NCBI GenBank assembly: GCA_963812015.1
Contig: CAWETI010000002.1
Coordinates: 352,001 to 416,000, forward strand
Length of the DNA stretch: 64,000 nt
Direction: 5' to 3'
DNA from: an uncultured delta proteobacterium
Lineage (GTDB): Bacteria > Desulfobacterota > Desulfobaccia > Desulfobaccales > 0-14-0-80-60-11
Shown: piece after piece, positions 1 to 9,732 of the stretch
How the letters are laid out: each line of letters starts with the position of its first letter
Position numbering within the stretch: position 1 is the first letter of the stretch
Made by a program: the position numbers and the translations under genes
The notes under the pieces: model-generated
Told to the model about the DNA's origin: nothing
What the model saw: the letters and a program-made list of their open reading frames with translations, nothing else
Database searches by the model: none

Positions 1-216
1 GTGGAGGCCGGCCTGGCCAGGCGCCAGGAGATCCTGGTAGGCTATGGGAGTGTAGATCTGAGGGTCAAAGGTGGCGGGCCGCGGCCGGAGTTCACCGCAG
101 GCGCACCAACTCAACAGGCCGCATAGGAGGAGGACCCCCAGCCGGCGGGATGGGCGGGGGCGCCGGACCCCTCCGGGGGCCAAGGGCAGACGGAGACGGA
201 AGAATGATTTTTTCAT
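1..216 (-). CDS. Partial hypothetical protein, possible lipoprotein (runs off left edge)
   Basis: Manual translation from ATG at 216: MKKSFFRLRLPLAPGG...LGVLLLCGLLSWCACGELRPRPATFDPQIY; open to the edge, with a hydrophobic stretch ending in Cys. Confidence 0.5.
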   Translation of the reverse strand, partial: MKKSFFRLRLPLAPGGVRRPRPSRRLGVLLLCGLLSWCACGELRPRPATFDPQIYTPIAYQDLLAPGQAGLH

Positions 217-282
217 GGGAGTCGCCTTATCCGCAGTCTGGCCTATAATATATGAAAAGGCTTGAAATGAGGAGATGTTGTT

Positions 283-558
283 ATGGCCTGTCCCATAATT
301 ATCCGCCGTCACGAGGGCTGCCAGTCCTACCTGGTGCTGGACGATAACCCCCGGGAGTTACTGCGTCATGTAGGCTTTGCCGAACAGTTTTCCGTGCGTC
401 CCTGGACGGGGTCCCTGGACCCCCTGGATGCCCTGGAAGAATGGGCGGAAATGCTGGGGGAGGACCAGGACGACTACGTGATTACCGATGCGGAGCATCG
501 GGATTACTGCCAGGAATGCTCTTGTTGGGATGACGTCCAAATGTGGCCTCAGCGCTAA
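283..558 (+). CDS. Small acidic hypothetical protein
   Basis: 91-aa ORF with GAGGAG RBS and protein-like composition. Confidence 0.7.
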   Translation: MACPIIIRRHEGCQSYLVLDDNPRELLRHVGFAEQFSVRPWTGSLDPLDALEEWAEMLGEDQDDYVITDAEHRDYCQECSCWDDVQMWPQR

Positions 559-706
559 CCCCTGGTCCCGGAATTAACGAGATCGAGAGTTCCACACCGG
601 TGTTTTTAGGGGAGCGCCAGGGGAAATAGTATCATTGATTCCCCTGGCTTTCCTTGGCCCCCTTTCCCAAAGATCTTTTCCCAGACTTCTCAAAGGCGGG
701 TTAGCC

Positions 707-1945
707 TCACTCCGCCATCAGGCACACGTGGGCCAGCACCTTGGCGTCCCCCAGGAGATGGCTCAGGAAACAAAATTCGTTGGGCTGGTGGGCGCAGTCG
801 TTGGCGCTCATCCACACCGCGGCGGGCAGCCCTGCCTTGCGAAAGAAGGCGGCCACGGTGCCGCCGCCGATCCCCTGGGGTGTGGCTTGCCGGCCGTAAA
901 CCTCTCGAATGGCCTGTTGCAGGGCTTGCACCACTGGAGCCTCCGGCGGGGTGGGCGGCGCGCTGGCCAGGGTTTGCACCGCTTCCACTTCCACGCTGAC
1001 CCCGAATTTTGCGGCCGCTTCCGTGGCGATGGCCCGGACGCGCTCCTGGACCTGGGCCAAGTCGTAGTCCGGCAAGACCCGGCAATCCAAATAAAAGACG
1101 TTCCGCCCCGGAATGGTGTTGATGTTGGGCACGTTGGCCTCTTTTTTGGTGGGCTCGAAGGTGCTCATCGGGGGCCGGAACAGCGGGTTGTGCAAGGGGA
1201 ATTCCCGTTGCAAGTCATCGAGGGCCACGATGGCGTAGGCCGCGGCCCGCAGGGTATTTTTGGCCTTGTGCGGCCGGGAGGCGTGGGCCTGTTCCCCCAG
1301 CAGCGTCAACTTGAGCCACAGGATGCTCTTTTCCGCCACCTCGATCATGGTGCCGTCATTGCTGCCGGCATCGGGAACGATGATCAGATCCTTCTCGGAA
1401 AAAAGGTGAGGCTGCTCCCGGAGTAAGTAGGCCAGGCCGCGCTCGTTGCCGGTCTCTTCGTCCGCCACCAGGGCCAGGGCCAGGGTGCGCTGAGGGGTGA
1501 TCTTGAGATCTAGGAAAGCCTTTACGGCCATGAGCGACATGACGATGCCGTGATGGTCGTCTTCCGTGCCCCGGCCGTAGAGGCGGTCGCCGTCCACCCT
1601 GAGGGTGAAGGGGTCGGACTTCCAGAGGCTGAGATCCCCCGGGGGCACCACGTCGGTATGACTCAGGACCCAGACCTTCTCCGGCCTTTTTCCGGGCAGG
1701 CAGGCCACCAGGTTGGGGCGCGTCCCACCCGGCACCCGGTGATCCGGGGCCGGATAGTTGTCGACTGCAAGGCCCCAACTTTCCAGCAGTTCCGTCAGAA
1801 AGAGCGCTTTGTCGGCCTCGCCCACCCCCCCCACTTCCGGCCCCAACGCCACCCGGCTAACCAGGTCCCGTTGGAGTTCGATCACTGATTCTTGATACGT
1901 ATCCAGGCGCTCGCCCAGGAGCCGGAACATCTCATCTTTCGTCAT
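707..1945 (-). CDS. M20 family metallohydrolase (DapE/ArgE-like)
   Basis: HTDVVP, GRGTEDD, ADEETG, AHASRP, AHQPNE motifs; start chosen at MTKDEM. Confidence 0.9.
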   Translation of the reverse strand: MTKDEMFRLLGERLDTYQESVIELQRDLVSRVALGPEVGGVGEADKALFLTELLESWGLAVDNYPAPDHRVPGGTRPNLVACLPGKRPEKVWVLSHTDVVPPGDLSLWKSDPFTLRVDGDRLYGRGTEDDHHGIVMSLMAVKAFLDLKITPQRTLALALVADEETGNERGLAYLLREQPHLFSEKDLIIVPDAGSNDGTMIEVAEKSILWLKLTLLGEQAHASRPHKAKNTLRAAAYAIVALDDLQREFPLHNPLFRPPMSTFEPTKKEANVPNINTIPGRNVFYLDCRVLPDYDLAQVQERVRAIATEAAAKFGVSVEVEAVQTLASAPPTPPEAPVVQALQQAIREVYGRQATPQGIGGGTVAAFFRKAGLPAAVWMSANDCAHQPNEFCFLSHLLGDAKVLAHVCLMAE

Positions 1946-2199
1946 TATCCATCCTGCCTCTACCGGAGTCGGTGGTGCGGTGGTATCGTGCCAATTAGCC
2001 CAGCGCCCTTGAGAAAAATGACCATCTGGCGCCACCGGGCTTTTCCTTGTTGGCGCCATCATATATAATTCGAGTGCCGGATGACAAGAAGAGTTTGGGT
2101 GGACCCCCGGGCGACGCCTCTGGCCCCGAGTCCATGGTGATGCCAACCGATTCCGGCATCTCTCAGCAAAATACTATCCGTCCTTTGGGAGGAAGCTTT

Positions 2200-2607
2200 A
2201 TGAAGATCAAACGCATCGCCCATCTGGGCATCGCGGTGAAGGACCTGGACCCCCCGAAAAAACTCTATGCCGAAAATCTTGGCCTGAAATTGGTGGGTGA
2301 TGCAGTGGTGGAAGCCCAGAAAGTCAAGGTGAGTTTCATCAAAGTCGGGGAAAGCAACCTGGAATTGCTCCTGCCCACCTCGGCCGACAGCGCCGTGGCC
2401 AAGTTCCTGGAAACCAAGGGCGAAGGCTTCCACCACCTGGCCCTGGAGGTGGAGGATATCCACGCCGCAGTGGCGGAATTGAAAGCTGCGGGCGTACGGC
2501 TCATCGATGAAAAACCCCGGGAGGGGGCCCACGGGGCTCTGGTGGCCTTTATCCACCCCAAGGCCACCTTTGGTCTCCTCGTGGAATTGTGCCAGTATCC
2601 CCACTGA
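2200..2607 (+). CDS. mce: Methylmalonyl-CoA epimerase
   Basis: IAHLGIAV, KGEGFHHLALEVEDI, AFIHPK, LVELC; GGAGG RBS. Confidence 0.92.
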   Translation: MKIKRIAHLGIAVKDLDPPKKLYAENLGLKLVGDAVVEAQKVKVSFIKVGESNLELLLPTSADSAVAKFLETKGEGFHHLALEVEDIHAAVAELKAAGVRLIDEKPREGAHGALVAFIHPKATFGLLVELCQYPH

Positions 2608-2619
2608 GACTAAACCGCC

Positions 2620-3420
2620 ATGGGGATAAGCATCACGGCCCTGGTGGCCCAGGTCCAGGTCAATATCCCCTTTCCGTTTTTGCAGGCCGGGTATCTGGAG
2701 AAGTTTTTACAGCGGGGTCTCAATCCGGAGATTGGCCTAGATGCCTATAGCCTGGGCCACTACCCCCCCGGGGTCTTTCGCCGGGCGGGGTCCACTTTTC
2801 AGAGGGCCGGACGGCGGATAACCCTCCACGGCCCCTTTCAAGACCTGGCCCCGGGGGCGCTGGACGATGGCGTTCTGGCGGCAGCGCGCCGCCGTTTGCG
2901 CCAGGCCTTCCGCTATCTCCCGGTGTTTCGGCCGGTGGCGGTGGTCTGCCACCTGGGCTATGAAGCCCGCCATTACCGCTGGGATCAAGAGCGCTGGCTG
3001 GCCCGCAGCGCCGCCACCTGGAAGGAGTTGGCCGCCCTGGCGGCCCCTTACGGCGTGACGGTGATGCTGGAAAATGTCTATGAGACCGACCCGGAACTTT
3101 TTCTGGAGGTCCTGGGCCGGGTAGGGGCGCCTAATCTTAAAGTCTGCTTTGACGTGGGGCACCTGCTGGCCTTTAGCACCGGCGACTTCCCCCACTGGCT
3201 CAAGACCCTGACTCCGGTCATCGGCCACCTCCACCTCCACGACAACCACGGGGACGCCGATGCCCACCTGGCCCTGGGCGCCGGCCAGGTCCCCGTCCGC
3301 GACACCCTCGACTACCTGGCGAGCCGGGGGCGCCGGCCCTTTATTACCCTGGAGCCTCACCAGGAAGGCAGCCTGGACCCGTCCCTGGAATACCTGGCCG
3401 CCATCTGGCCCTGGGATTAG
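2620..3420 (+). CDS. Sugar phosphate isomerase/epimerase family (xylose isomerase-like TIM barrel)
   Basis: TLHGPF, MLENV, CFDVGH, HLHLHDNHG, DAHL, TLE metal-binding pattern. Confidence 0.85.
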   Translation: MGISITALVAQVQVNIPFPFLQAGYLEKFLQRGLNPEIGLDAYSLGHYPPGVFRRAGSTFQRAGRRITLHGPFQDLAPGALDDGVLAAARRRLRQAFRYLPVFRPVAVVCHLGYEARHYRWDQERWLARSAATWKELAALAAPYGVTVMLENVYETDPELFLEVLGRVGAPNLKVCFDVGHLLAFSTGDFPHWLKTLTPVIGHLHLHDNHGDADAHLALGAGQVPVRDTLDYLASRGRRPFITLEPHQEGSLDPSLEYLAAIWPWD

Positions 3421-3606
3421 CCGCGCCGCCGCACTTCTCGCTGCGCCCCCGCTTTTGCCTTAATTGCTTTACAGCCGGGGGGCGAAGGGATAGAATAAAT
3501 CAGCTTCGATAACTTGGTCTATATATTGGCAAACTCCCCCCGGGCCGGTGATGGTGAAGCCTGCCGGTCCCGGGGTGGCAACAGATACGAGGACACGGTC
3601 GGCGCA

Positions 3607-4767
3607 ATGAAGTCCCTGGCTATTCTCGGTTCCACCGGCTCCATCGGCCAAAGCACTTTGGCGGTGGTGGCCGAACACCCGGATGAGTTTACAGTGGCGG
3701 GGTTGGCCGCCGGCCAGAACGTCAAGGTCCTGGCCGACCAGATCCGGCAATTTCGCCCGGCCCGGGTGTCGGTGCAGAGTGAGGCGGTAGCCGCTCATTT
3801 GCGGGAGCTGGTGCCTGCCGATGCAGCCCCTGAAATCCTCTGGGGCCGGGCCGGGGTACGGGAAGTGGCGGTGGCCTCCGGGGCTGAGCTGGTGGTTTCA
3901 GCCATGGTGGGGGCGGTGGGGTTGGAACCCACCCTGGCCGCCATTGACGCCGGCCTGACGGTGGCCCTGGCCAACAAAGAGACCCTGGTGGCCGCCGGTT
4001 CCCTGGTGATGGCCGCGGCGGCCAAACGGGGCGTGCCCATCATCCCGGTGGACAGTGAACACAGCGCCATCTTTCAGGCGCTCCACGGCCAGCGCCGGGA
4101 GGATATCCGGCGGCTCTGGCTCACCGCGTCCGGGGGGCCGTTTCGCACCTGGGACCTGGACCAGTTGCGCCGGGCTACGGCCGCCCAAGCTTTGAAACAT
4201 CCCAACTGGAGCATGGGGCCCAAGATCACCATCGACTCGGCCACCATGATGAACAAGGCCCTGGAGGTTATCGAGGCTGCGGTGCTCTTCGGCCTCCCCG
4301 TGGATCAGGTGGGGGTTTACATCCATCCCCAGAGTATCGTCCATTCCCTGGTGGATTTTGTGGACGGCTCGGTATTGGCCCAGCTGGGGGTGCCGGACAT
4401 GCGTCTGCCCATCGCCTATGCCCTGACCTACCCTCGGCGCCTGCCCCTGAACTCGCCGCCCCTGGACCTGTGCCAGGTGGGCCAACTCACCTTTGAGGCT
4501 CCCGACACGACCCGTTTTCCGGGGTTGGCCCTGGGATACGCCGCGGCCCGGGCCGGAGGCACCATGCCCGCGGTGCTCAACGCCGCCAACGAAATGGCCG
4601 TGGCCGCTTTCCTCCAAGGCCAGATCACGTTTATGGACATCCCCCGTACGGTTTCGGCCACCATGGACGCCCACCAGCATCAGCCCCTGGAAAACCTGGA
4701 GCAGGTCCTGGCCGTCAATCGCTGGGCCCGGGATTTTGCCCACGGTTTGATCCACCGGGGAATTTAG
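3607..4767 (+). CDS. dxr: 1-deoxy-D-xylulose 5-phosphate reductoisomerase
   Basis: LGSTGSIG, LANKE, PVDSEH, LTASGGPF, HPNWSMGPKITIDSATMMNK, NAANE. Confidence 0.98.
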   Translation: MKSLAILGSTGSIGQSTLAVVAEHPDEFTVAGLAAGQNVKVLADQIRQFRPARVSVQSEAVAAHLRELVPADAAPEILWGRAGVREVAVASGAELVVSAMVGAVGLEPTLAAIDAGLTVALANKETLVAAGSLVMAAAAKRGVPIIPVDSEHSAIFQALHGQRREDIRRLWLTASGGPFRTWDLDQLRRATAAQALKHPNWSMGPKITIDSATMMNKALEVIEAAVLFGLPVDQVGVYIHPQSIVHSLVDFVDGSVLAQLGVPDMRLPIAYALTYPRRLPLNSPPLDLCQVGQLTFEAPDTTRFPGLALGYAAARAGGTMPAVLNAANEMAVAAFLQGQITFMDIPRTVSATMDAHQHQPLENLEQVLAVNRWARDFAHGLIHRGI

Positions 4768-4836
4768 CGCCTTCCGGCGAGCCGTGGTCACGCATTGTAT
4801 GATTAACTTCTCTCCCACAGGAGCATACCGACCTTT

Positions 4837-5904
4837 ATGATGACCGTTTTGGCGACCATCATCGTCTTGGGGGTCCTGGTCTTCGTCCACGAATTAGGCC
4901 ATTTCCTCATGGCCAAACTCTTCGGAGTGCGGGTGGACGCCTTTTCCCTCGGGTTCCCGCCTAAATTGCTGCACAAAAAAATCGGGGATACGGATTACCG
5001 CTTGTCCGTGGTGCCCCTGGGCGGCTATGTTAAGTTATTCGGGGAAAATCCCAAGGATGAAGTGCCTCCCGCATTGGAACCGGTATCATTTTCCCATCAC
5101 CCGCTCTGGCACCGGTTTATCATCGTGATGGCCGGGCCCGCCTTTAATTTGCTTTTTGCCGTTCTGGCCCTCTATCTGGTCTTTGCCTTGTCCGGCGTTC
5201 CCTATCTCGGCACCACGATCGGCGGAGTGAAAGAGGGGTCCCCCGCCGCACAGGCGGGCCTGGAAAAGGGCGACAAGATCCTGATATTGGCGGGTCAGAA
5301 GGTGAGCCGCTGGGAAGAACTCTCCCGGGAAATCCGCCGGATCGGGGAACATCCCGTGACCCTGTCGGTCCAACGGGGCGACCGGGTTTTCGAGATCCGG
5401 GTGACTCCCCAACCCATGGAAACCACCGACATCTTCGGGTCCAAAGTATCGGCCATGATCATCGGCATCACTTCCGGGGATCAAGTAGGGGTGGAGCACG
5501 TCGGCCCCTTCCGGGCCCTGGGGCTGGGCGTCGATTACACCGGTCGCCTTGTCTGGCTGACCGTGGAGAGCTTTTATAAACTGGCGGCCCGGGAAGTGCC
5601 CCTGAAGAGCCTCGGCGGCCCCATCCTCATCGCCCAGGTAGCGGGCAAGCAGGCGGAGATAGGTTGGGCTGCCCTGGTGCAGTTTATGGCGGCCCTGAGC
5701 GTCAATCTCTTCCTGCTCAACCTCCTGCCCATCCCGGTGCTGGATGGCGGCCACCTGTTTTTCTTTACCCTGGAGGCGATCCGGGGCAAGCCGCTGCCGC
5801 TGCAACATCGGGAGATGGCCCAGGGCTTGGGCCTGATGTTGATCCTGGCTTTGATGATCCTGGTCTTTTATCAGGATATTCTGCGCCTGGTAAATACCCA
5901 GTAA
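4837..5904 (+). CDS. rseP: RIP metalloprotease RseP
   Basis: HELGHF, PLGGYV, AGPAFN, PDZ region, NLLPIPVLDGGH; follows dxr. Confidence 0.96.
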   Translation: MMTVLATIIVLGVLVFVHELGHFLMAKLFGVRVDAFSLGFPPKLLHKKIGDTDYRLSVVPLGGYVKLFGENPKDEVPPALEPVSFSHHPLWHRFIIVMAGPAFNLLFAVLALYLVFALSGVPYLGTTIGGVKEGSPAAQAGLEKGDKILILAGQKVSRWEELSREIRRIGEHPVTLSVQRGDRVFEIRVTPQPMETTDIFGSKVSAMIIGITSGDQVGVEHVGPFRALGLGVDYTGRLVWLTVESFYKLAAREVPLKSLGGPILIAQVAGKQAEIGWAALVQFMAALSVNLFLLNLLPIPVLDGGHLFFFTLEAIRGKPLPLQHREMAQGLGLMLILALMILVFYQDILRLVNTQ

Positions 5905-6042
5905 TGATACCGTTTGCGGTTTTCCGTTAATCAAAGCGTAGCGCGGGTGCCCTCGCCTGCGATGAGATGAGTTACGGACAGACGAGGGCGGCTGTCCCAC
6001 ATGTGCTTTTCCGAAGCAGTCTCATGGAATAAGAATAAGCCC

Positions 6043-6705
6043 ATGCTCATTCTGGCCCTGGATACCGCCACCGAACAGGGCAGCCTGGCCCTCATGGCGG
6101 ATGACCGGGTGCTGAGGGAATCCTCCCTGGAAAGCCACGGCACCTACCTGAGCCGGGTGATGCCCGGGGTGGAAGCGATCCTGACCGAGGCCGGCCGGAC
6201 CCCGGCGGACCTGGATGCCGTGGCGGTGAGCGTCGGCCCCGGCAACTTTACCGGGCTCCGCATCGGCCTGGCCACCGCCAAGACCCTGGCCTGGTCCCTC
6301 AGATGCCCCTTAGTGCCGGTGCCCACCCTGGAAGTGCTGGCGGCCCGGTTTGCCGGTGCCCCTCACCCCATCGGGGTGATCATTGACGCCAAGCGCGGCG
6401 AAGTCTTCTGGGGGTTGTTCCGGTGCCCGGAGGATCAGCCCCAGCTCCTGGAAGGCCCGCTGCGTCTGCCGGCCTCGGACCTGCCGGCCCGGCTGCCTCG
6501 GCCCCTGCTGCTCACCGGCCCCGGTCTTACGGTTTACCAGGAAATGCTGGCTCCCCTGCTCCCCCCGGAGATTATCCTGGCCCCGCCGGAGGCCCGCTGG
6601 CCCCGGGCTGCGATCCTGGCCCGGCTGGCCAGGCGCCGCCTCAAGCTGGGCCTGACCGCAGCCCCCGCCCAACTGGTCCCCACCTACCTACGCCCGGCGT
6701 TGTGA
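6043..6705 (+). CDS. tsaB: tRNA threonylcarbamoyladenosine biosynthesis protein TsaB
   Basis: ILALDTAT, GPGNFTGLRIG, DAKRGEV, C-terminal PTYLR. Confidence 0.95.
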   Translation: MLILALDTATEQGSLALMADDRVLRESSLESHGTYLSRVMPGVEAILTEAGRTPADLDAVAVSVGPGNFTGLRIGLATAKTLAWSLRCPLVPVPTLEVLAARFAGAPHPIGVIIDAKRGEVFWGLFRCPEDQPQLLEGPLRLPASDLPARLPRPLLLTGPGLTVYQEMLAPLLPPEIILAPPEARWPRAAILARLARRRLKLGLTAAPAQLVPTYLRPAL

Positions 6706-6726
6706 TCAAGTTATATTTACTGCTAA

Positions 6727-6905
6727 TAGCGTTTGCCAAAAATTCCTTCTCAGCGATGGTTTTTAAATCCCCCTAAATCCCCCTTTTTCAAAGGGGGACT
6801 TTAAAAGAAATTCCGCTAAGTTCCCCCCTTTGGAAAAGGGGGGGTAGGGGGGATTTAGGTTTTTGGAGCATGTGCCATAACGGGAAAAACTTTTGGCAAT
6901 TGCTA
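6727..6905. mobile_element. MITE type A carrying two REP-like hairpins
   Basis: Terminal IRs TAGCGTTTGCCAAAA / TTTTGGCAATTGCTA (13/15), TA at both ends; internal AAATCCCCCTAAATCCCCCTTTTTCAAAGGGGGACTT. Confidence 0.7.
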
Positions 6906-6917
6906 TAACTATGACAA

Positions 6918-7062
6918 TTTGAGGGGAGGACCGGGAAAATTTTTTGTAAGTAATTCCCCCACCCTCCCCTTAAACTTCCCTCCCAACGCCCTGTATGGGG
7001 GTTGGGGGAGAGGGTTTGGGAGAGGGGGCAGGGGCCGTCGGCCCCTGGCCCCCTCTCCCAAA
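6918..7062. repeat. Purine/pyrimidine-skewed multi-hairpin intergenic repeat (family E)
   Basis: Reverse complement aligns by eye with 28911-29055 and 46345-46454. Confidence 0.7.
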
Positions 7063-7080
7063 AACAGATTTACGCCCCTC

Positions 7081-9732
7081 TCAAGGGGCTCCGAAAGCGC
7101 GCCGGATAAAGTCCTTTTCCTCGCTCCGGCTCTTGACCTTCTCGTTGAGGCGGGCCTCCAACAGGCGGTCCAGCATCTCCTTGATGAGGGGCCCGGGTTT
7201 ATAGCCCAGGGCCACCAGATCCCGCCCCTTGAGTTCCGGTTTGAAATGTTTGAGATGGGTGAAATAGAGGGAGATCCCCTTCCGGGAGCTCTCATGGCGG
7301 GATTTGGCCATCATAAAGAGGATGAATTCCGTGCCCAGGGGGGCCAGGAGATGGTAGATCTGGGTCCGGCTCGGTTCCCCATACCGGAAAAGCCTGACCA
7401 GGGCCGCATCGCTGGCCTCCTTGCCTTTGGCAATGGCTATGGCCTGCTTGGGAGACAGATTGACCCGGCCCAGCATCTCCTCCAGTTCCGACAGGGTCAG
7501 GTGGTCCACCAAGCCCAGGAAATAGACCAGCCAGCCGCGATACTTTTCTCCCAGGTAGAGCAGGTCGAACCACGACAGGACCGCCTGGACCTGCCCCAGC
7601 ATGAGGCGGGGGCCCTCATCCCAGTTCAACCGGGGATGGACCGCGGTGAGCAGGTTGAATTCCGCCAGGCGGGCGATGGCGGGAATGGGGTTGTCCTCCT
7701 GGAGGATGAGGCGCAGTTCCCCGAACAAGCGGGCGCTGGAGAGGCGGTCGAAAAAGTTGTTCCGCACCGCATTGTTGATGAGATTGGCAGCCAACTTGGT
7801 GATGCGGAACTTGAAGCGCTGCTCGAAGCGGATGGCCCGGAAGACCCGGGTGGGATCCTCCACGAAACTGAGGTTATGGAGGAGGCTGATGCGGCCTTCC
7901 TTCAAATCCCGCTGGGCCCCGAAGAAATCCAGCAGGGTGCCGAACTCCCCGGGATTGAGTTTCAGCGCCAGGGTGTTGATGGTAAAGTCCCGGCGGTAGA
8001 GGTCCATCTTGATGGAGCTGTACTCCACGATGGGCAGCGCCCCCGGGGCCTCGTAGTATTCGGTGCGGGCGGTGGCCACGTCGATCTTGAAGCCGTCGGG
8101 GAAAATGATCACCGCGGTTTTGAATTTTTGGAACTCCCGGGACCGGGCGCCGAATCGCGCCGCGAAGCTCCGGGCAAATTCGATGGCGTCCCCTTCAATG
8201 ACGATGTCGATATCCAGGTTCTCGTGTTTGAGCAGCAGGTCCCGGACAAACCCGCCCACCACATAGGCGCTGAATTTTAATTCCGCCGCCACCAAACCCA
8301 CCTGCTTCAAGATTTCCAGGATATCCTTGGACAGGCGCTCCCGCATCAGGGACAGGATGTTCTTGGTACGGATCGGCTGAGACCACTGGGCCTCGTCATT
8401 CTCAGAGATGAGCAGGTGGAGGAGGTCGGTGCGGCTGACCAGGCCGATGACCTTGCCGTCCTCCACCACCGGCAGGATGCGCTGCTTGTTGATGACCAGG
8501 CGGTCCCGGATCTCCGCAATGGCGGCGTCCGGGTCCACCGTGGTCACTTCGGTGCTCATGTAGTCCTTCACCGGATGGCCCTTCAACCCGTGAAAAATCC
8601 CCTTTTCCACGGTCTGCCGGTTAATCAGGCCCAGGAGCTTGGCGTCGGCCAGGACCGGCAGGGCATTGATATTGTAGCGGTTGAGGATGACTTCCGCCTC
8701 CGCCAGGGTCACCTCCGGGCTGACGGATTTGACCGGGAAGGACATGATCTCCCGGGCCAGGCGCCGGGGGTGAATCCGGGCCTGAAGGACCTGGCGCAAT
8801 TTTTCCTCCACCTGGGCCAGGGGCTGGTCCTTGATGGCGGCGGAGGCGGCATAACTGTGCCCCCCGCCCCCCAACTCCGACAGGATCTCGGACACATCCA
8901 CTTCGGGCAAGCGGCTGCGGCCCACGACGAAGACCCGGTCCTCCATCTGGGCCAGGGCAAAGAGGACCTGGATATTCTCCACATCCATCAGGCGGTGGGC
9001 CACCACCGCAAAATCCGGCACGTATTCCGGCGCGGTGGTGCGGGCCAGGACCACCTCGATGCCCCCCACGTGGAAGCTGGTGGCGTGTTCCAGGAGGTCG
9101 TTGAGGAGAGCCACCTGCTCGGCGTTCAGCTCCCGGGTGACGATCTCCGAGACCACGTTGAGATCGGCGCCCTGGCGGAGGAGAAAGGCCCCGGCTTCAA
9201 AATCCGCCGGGGTGGTGGAGGCAAAAGTGAAGGACCCCGTATCCTCAAAAATCCCCAAGGCCATGACCGTGGCCTCCGGCGGGGACAGCGTCAGCCCCCG
9301 CTCCCGGATAATCCGGGTGAGGATAGCGGTGGTGGACCCCGCCTCTTCCACGATCTCCAGACTGCCGTGCACATCTTCGTCGGTATCCGGATGGTGATCG
9401 TAAATGTGGATATCCACCTCGCCGCTGGCGGCCACTTCGGCAAATTTGCCGATCCGGGACGACTGGCGGGTATCCACCAGGATGAGGCGTTTGATTTCCT
9501 CCAGGGGCACCTGCTTCATCCGGGTAAAATCCATGAAATAAAAGCTCGAGCGGATGAAGAAGTCCCGCAGGTTGCGCTCCTGGGAGCCCGGAAAGACCAG
9601 CAAGGCCTCGGGATAGAGCTTTCTGGCCGCCACCATGGAGGCCATGGCGTCGAAGTCGGCGTTGAGATGTGTGGTGATCACCTCCAGGGTGCGGGGCGGC
9701 GCCGTCTGGTTGCCGTGGTTGCGATTGTTCAT
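7081..9732 (-). CDS. DHH/DHHA1-CBS-CBS tRNA nucleotidyltransferase (likely A-adding type)
   Basis: THLNADFDA, YDHH, GGGH, two CBS repeats, VGGFVRD, DIDIV, DVATARTE, RRDFTIN, EDPTRVFRAIRF; ATG overlaps xerD stop. Confidence 0.9.
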   Translation of the reverse strand: MNNRNHGNQTAPPRTLEVITTHLNADFDAMASMVAARKLYPEALLVFPGSQERNLRDFFIRSSFYFMDFTRMKQVPLEEIKRLILVDTRQSSRIGKFAEVAASGEVDIHIYDHHPDTDEDVHGSLEIVEEAGSTTAILTRIIRERGLTLSPPEATVMALGIFEDTGSFTFASTTPADFEAGAFLLRQGADLNVVSEIVTRELNAEQVALLNDLLEHATSFHVGGIEVVLARTTAPEYVPDFAVVAHRLMDVENIQVLFALAQMEDRVFVVGRSRLPEVDVSEILSELGGGGHSYAASAAIKDQPLAQVEEKLRQVLQARIHPRRLAREIMSFPVKSVSPEVTLAEAEVILNRYNINALPVLADAKLLGLINRQTVEKGIFHGLKGHPVKDYMSTEVTTVDPDAAIAEIRDRLVINKQRILPVVEDGKVIGLVSRTDLLHLLISENDEAQWSQPIRTKNILSLMRERLSKDILEILKQVGLVAAELKFSAYVVGGFVRDLLLKHENLDIDIVIEGDAIEFARSFAARFGARSREFQKFKTAVIIFPDGFKIDVATARTEYYEAPGALPIVEYSSIKMDLYRRDFTINTLALKLNPGEFGTLLDFFGAQRDLKEGRISLLHNLSFVEDPTRVFRAIRFEQRFKFRITKLAANLINNAVRNNFFDRLSSARLFGELRLILQEDNPIPAIARLAEFNLLTAVHPRLNWDEGPRLMLGQVQAVLSWFDLLYLGEKYRGWLVYFLGLVDHLTLSELEEMLGRVNLSPKQAIAIAKGKEASDAALVRLFRYGEPSRTQIYHLLAPLGTEFILFMMAKSRHESSRKGISLYFTHLKHFKPELKGRDLVALGYKPGPLIKEMLDRLLEARLNEKVKSRSEEKDFIRRAFGAP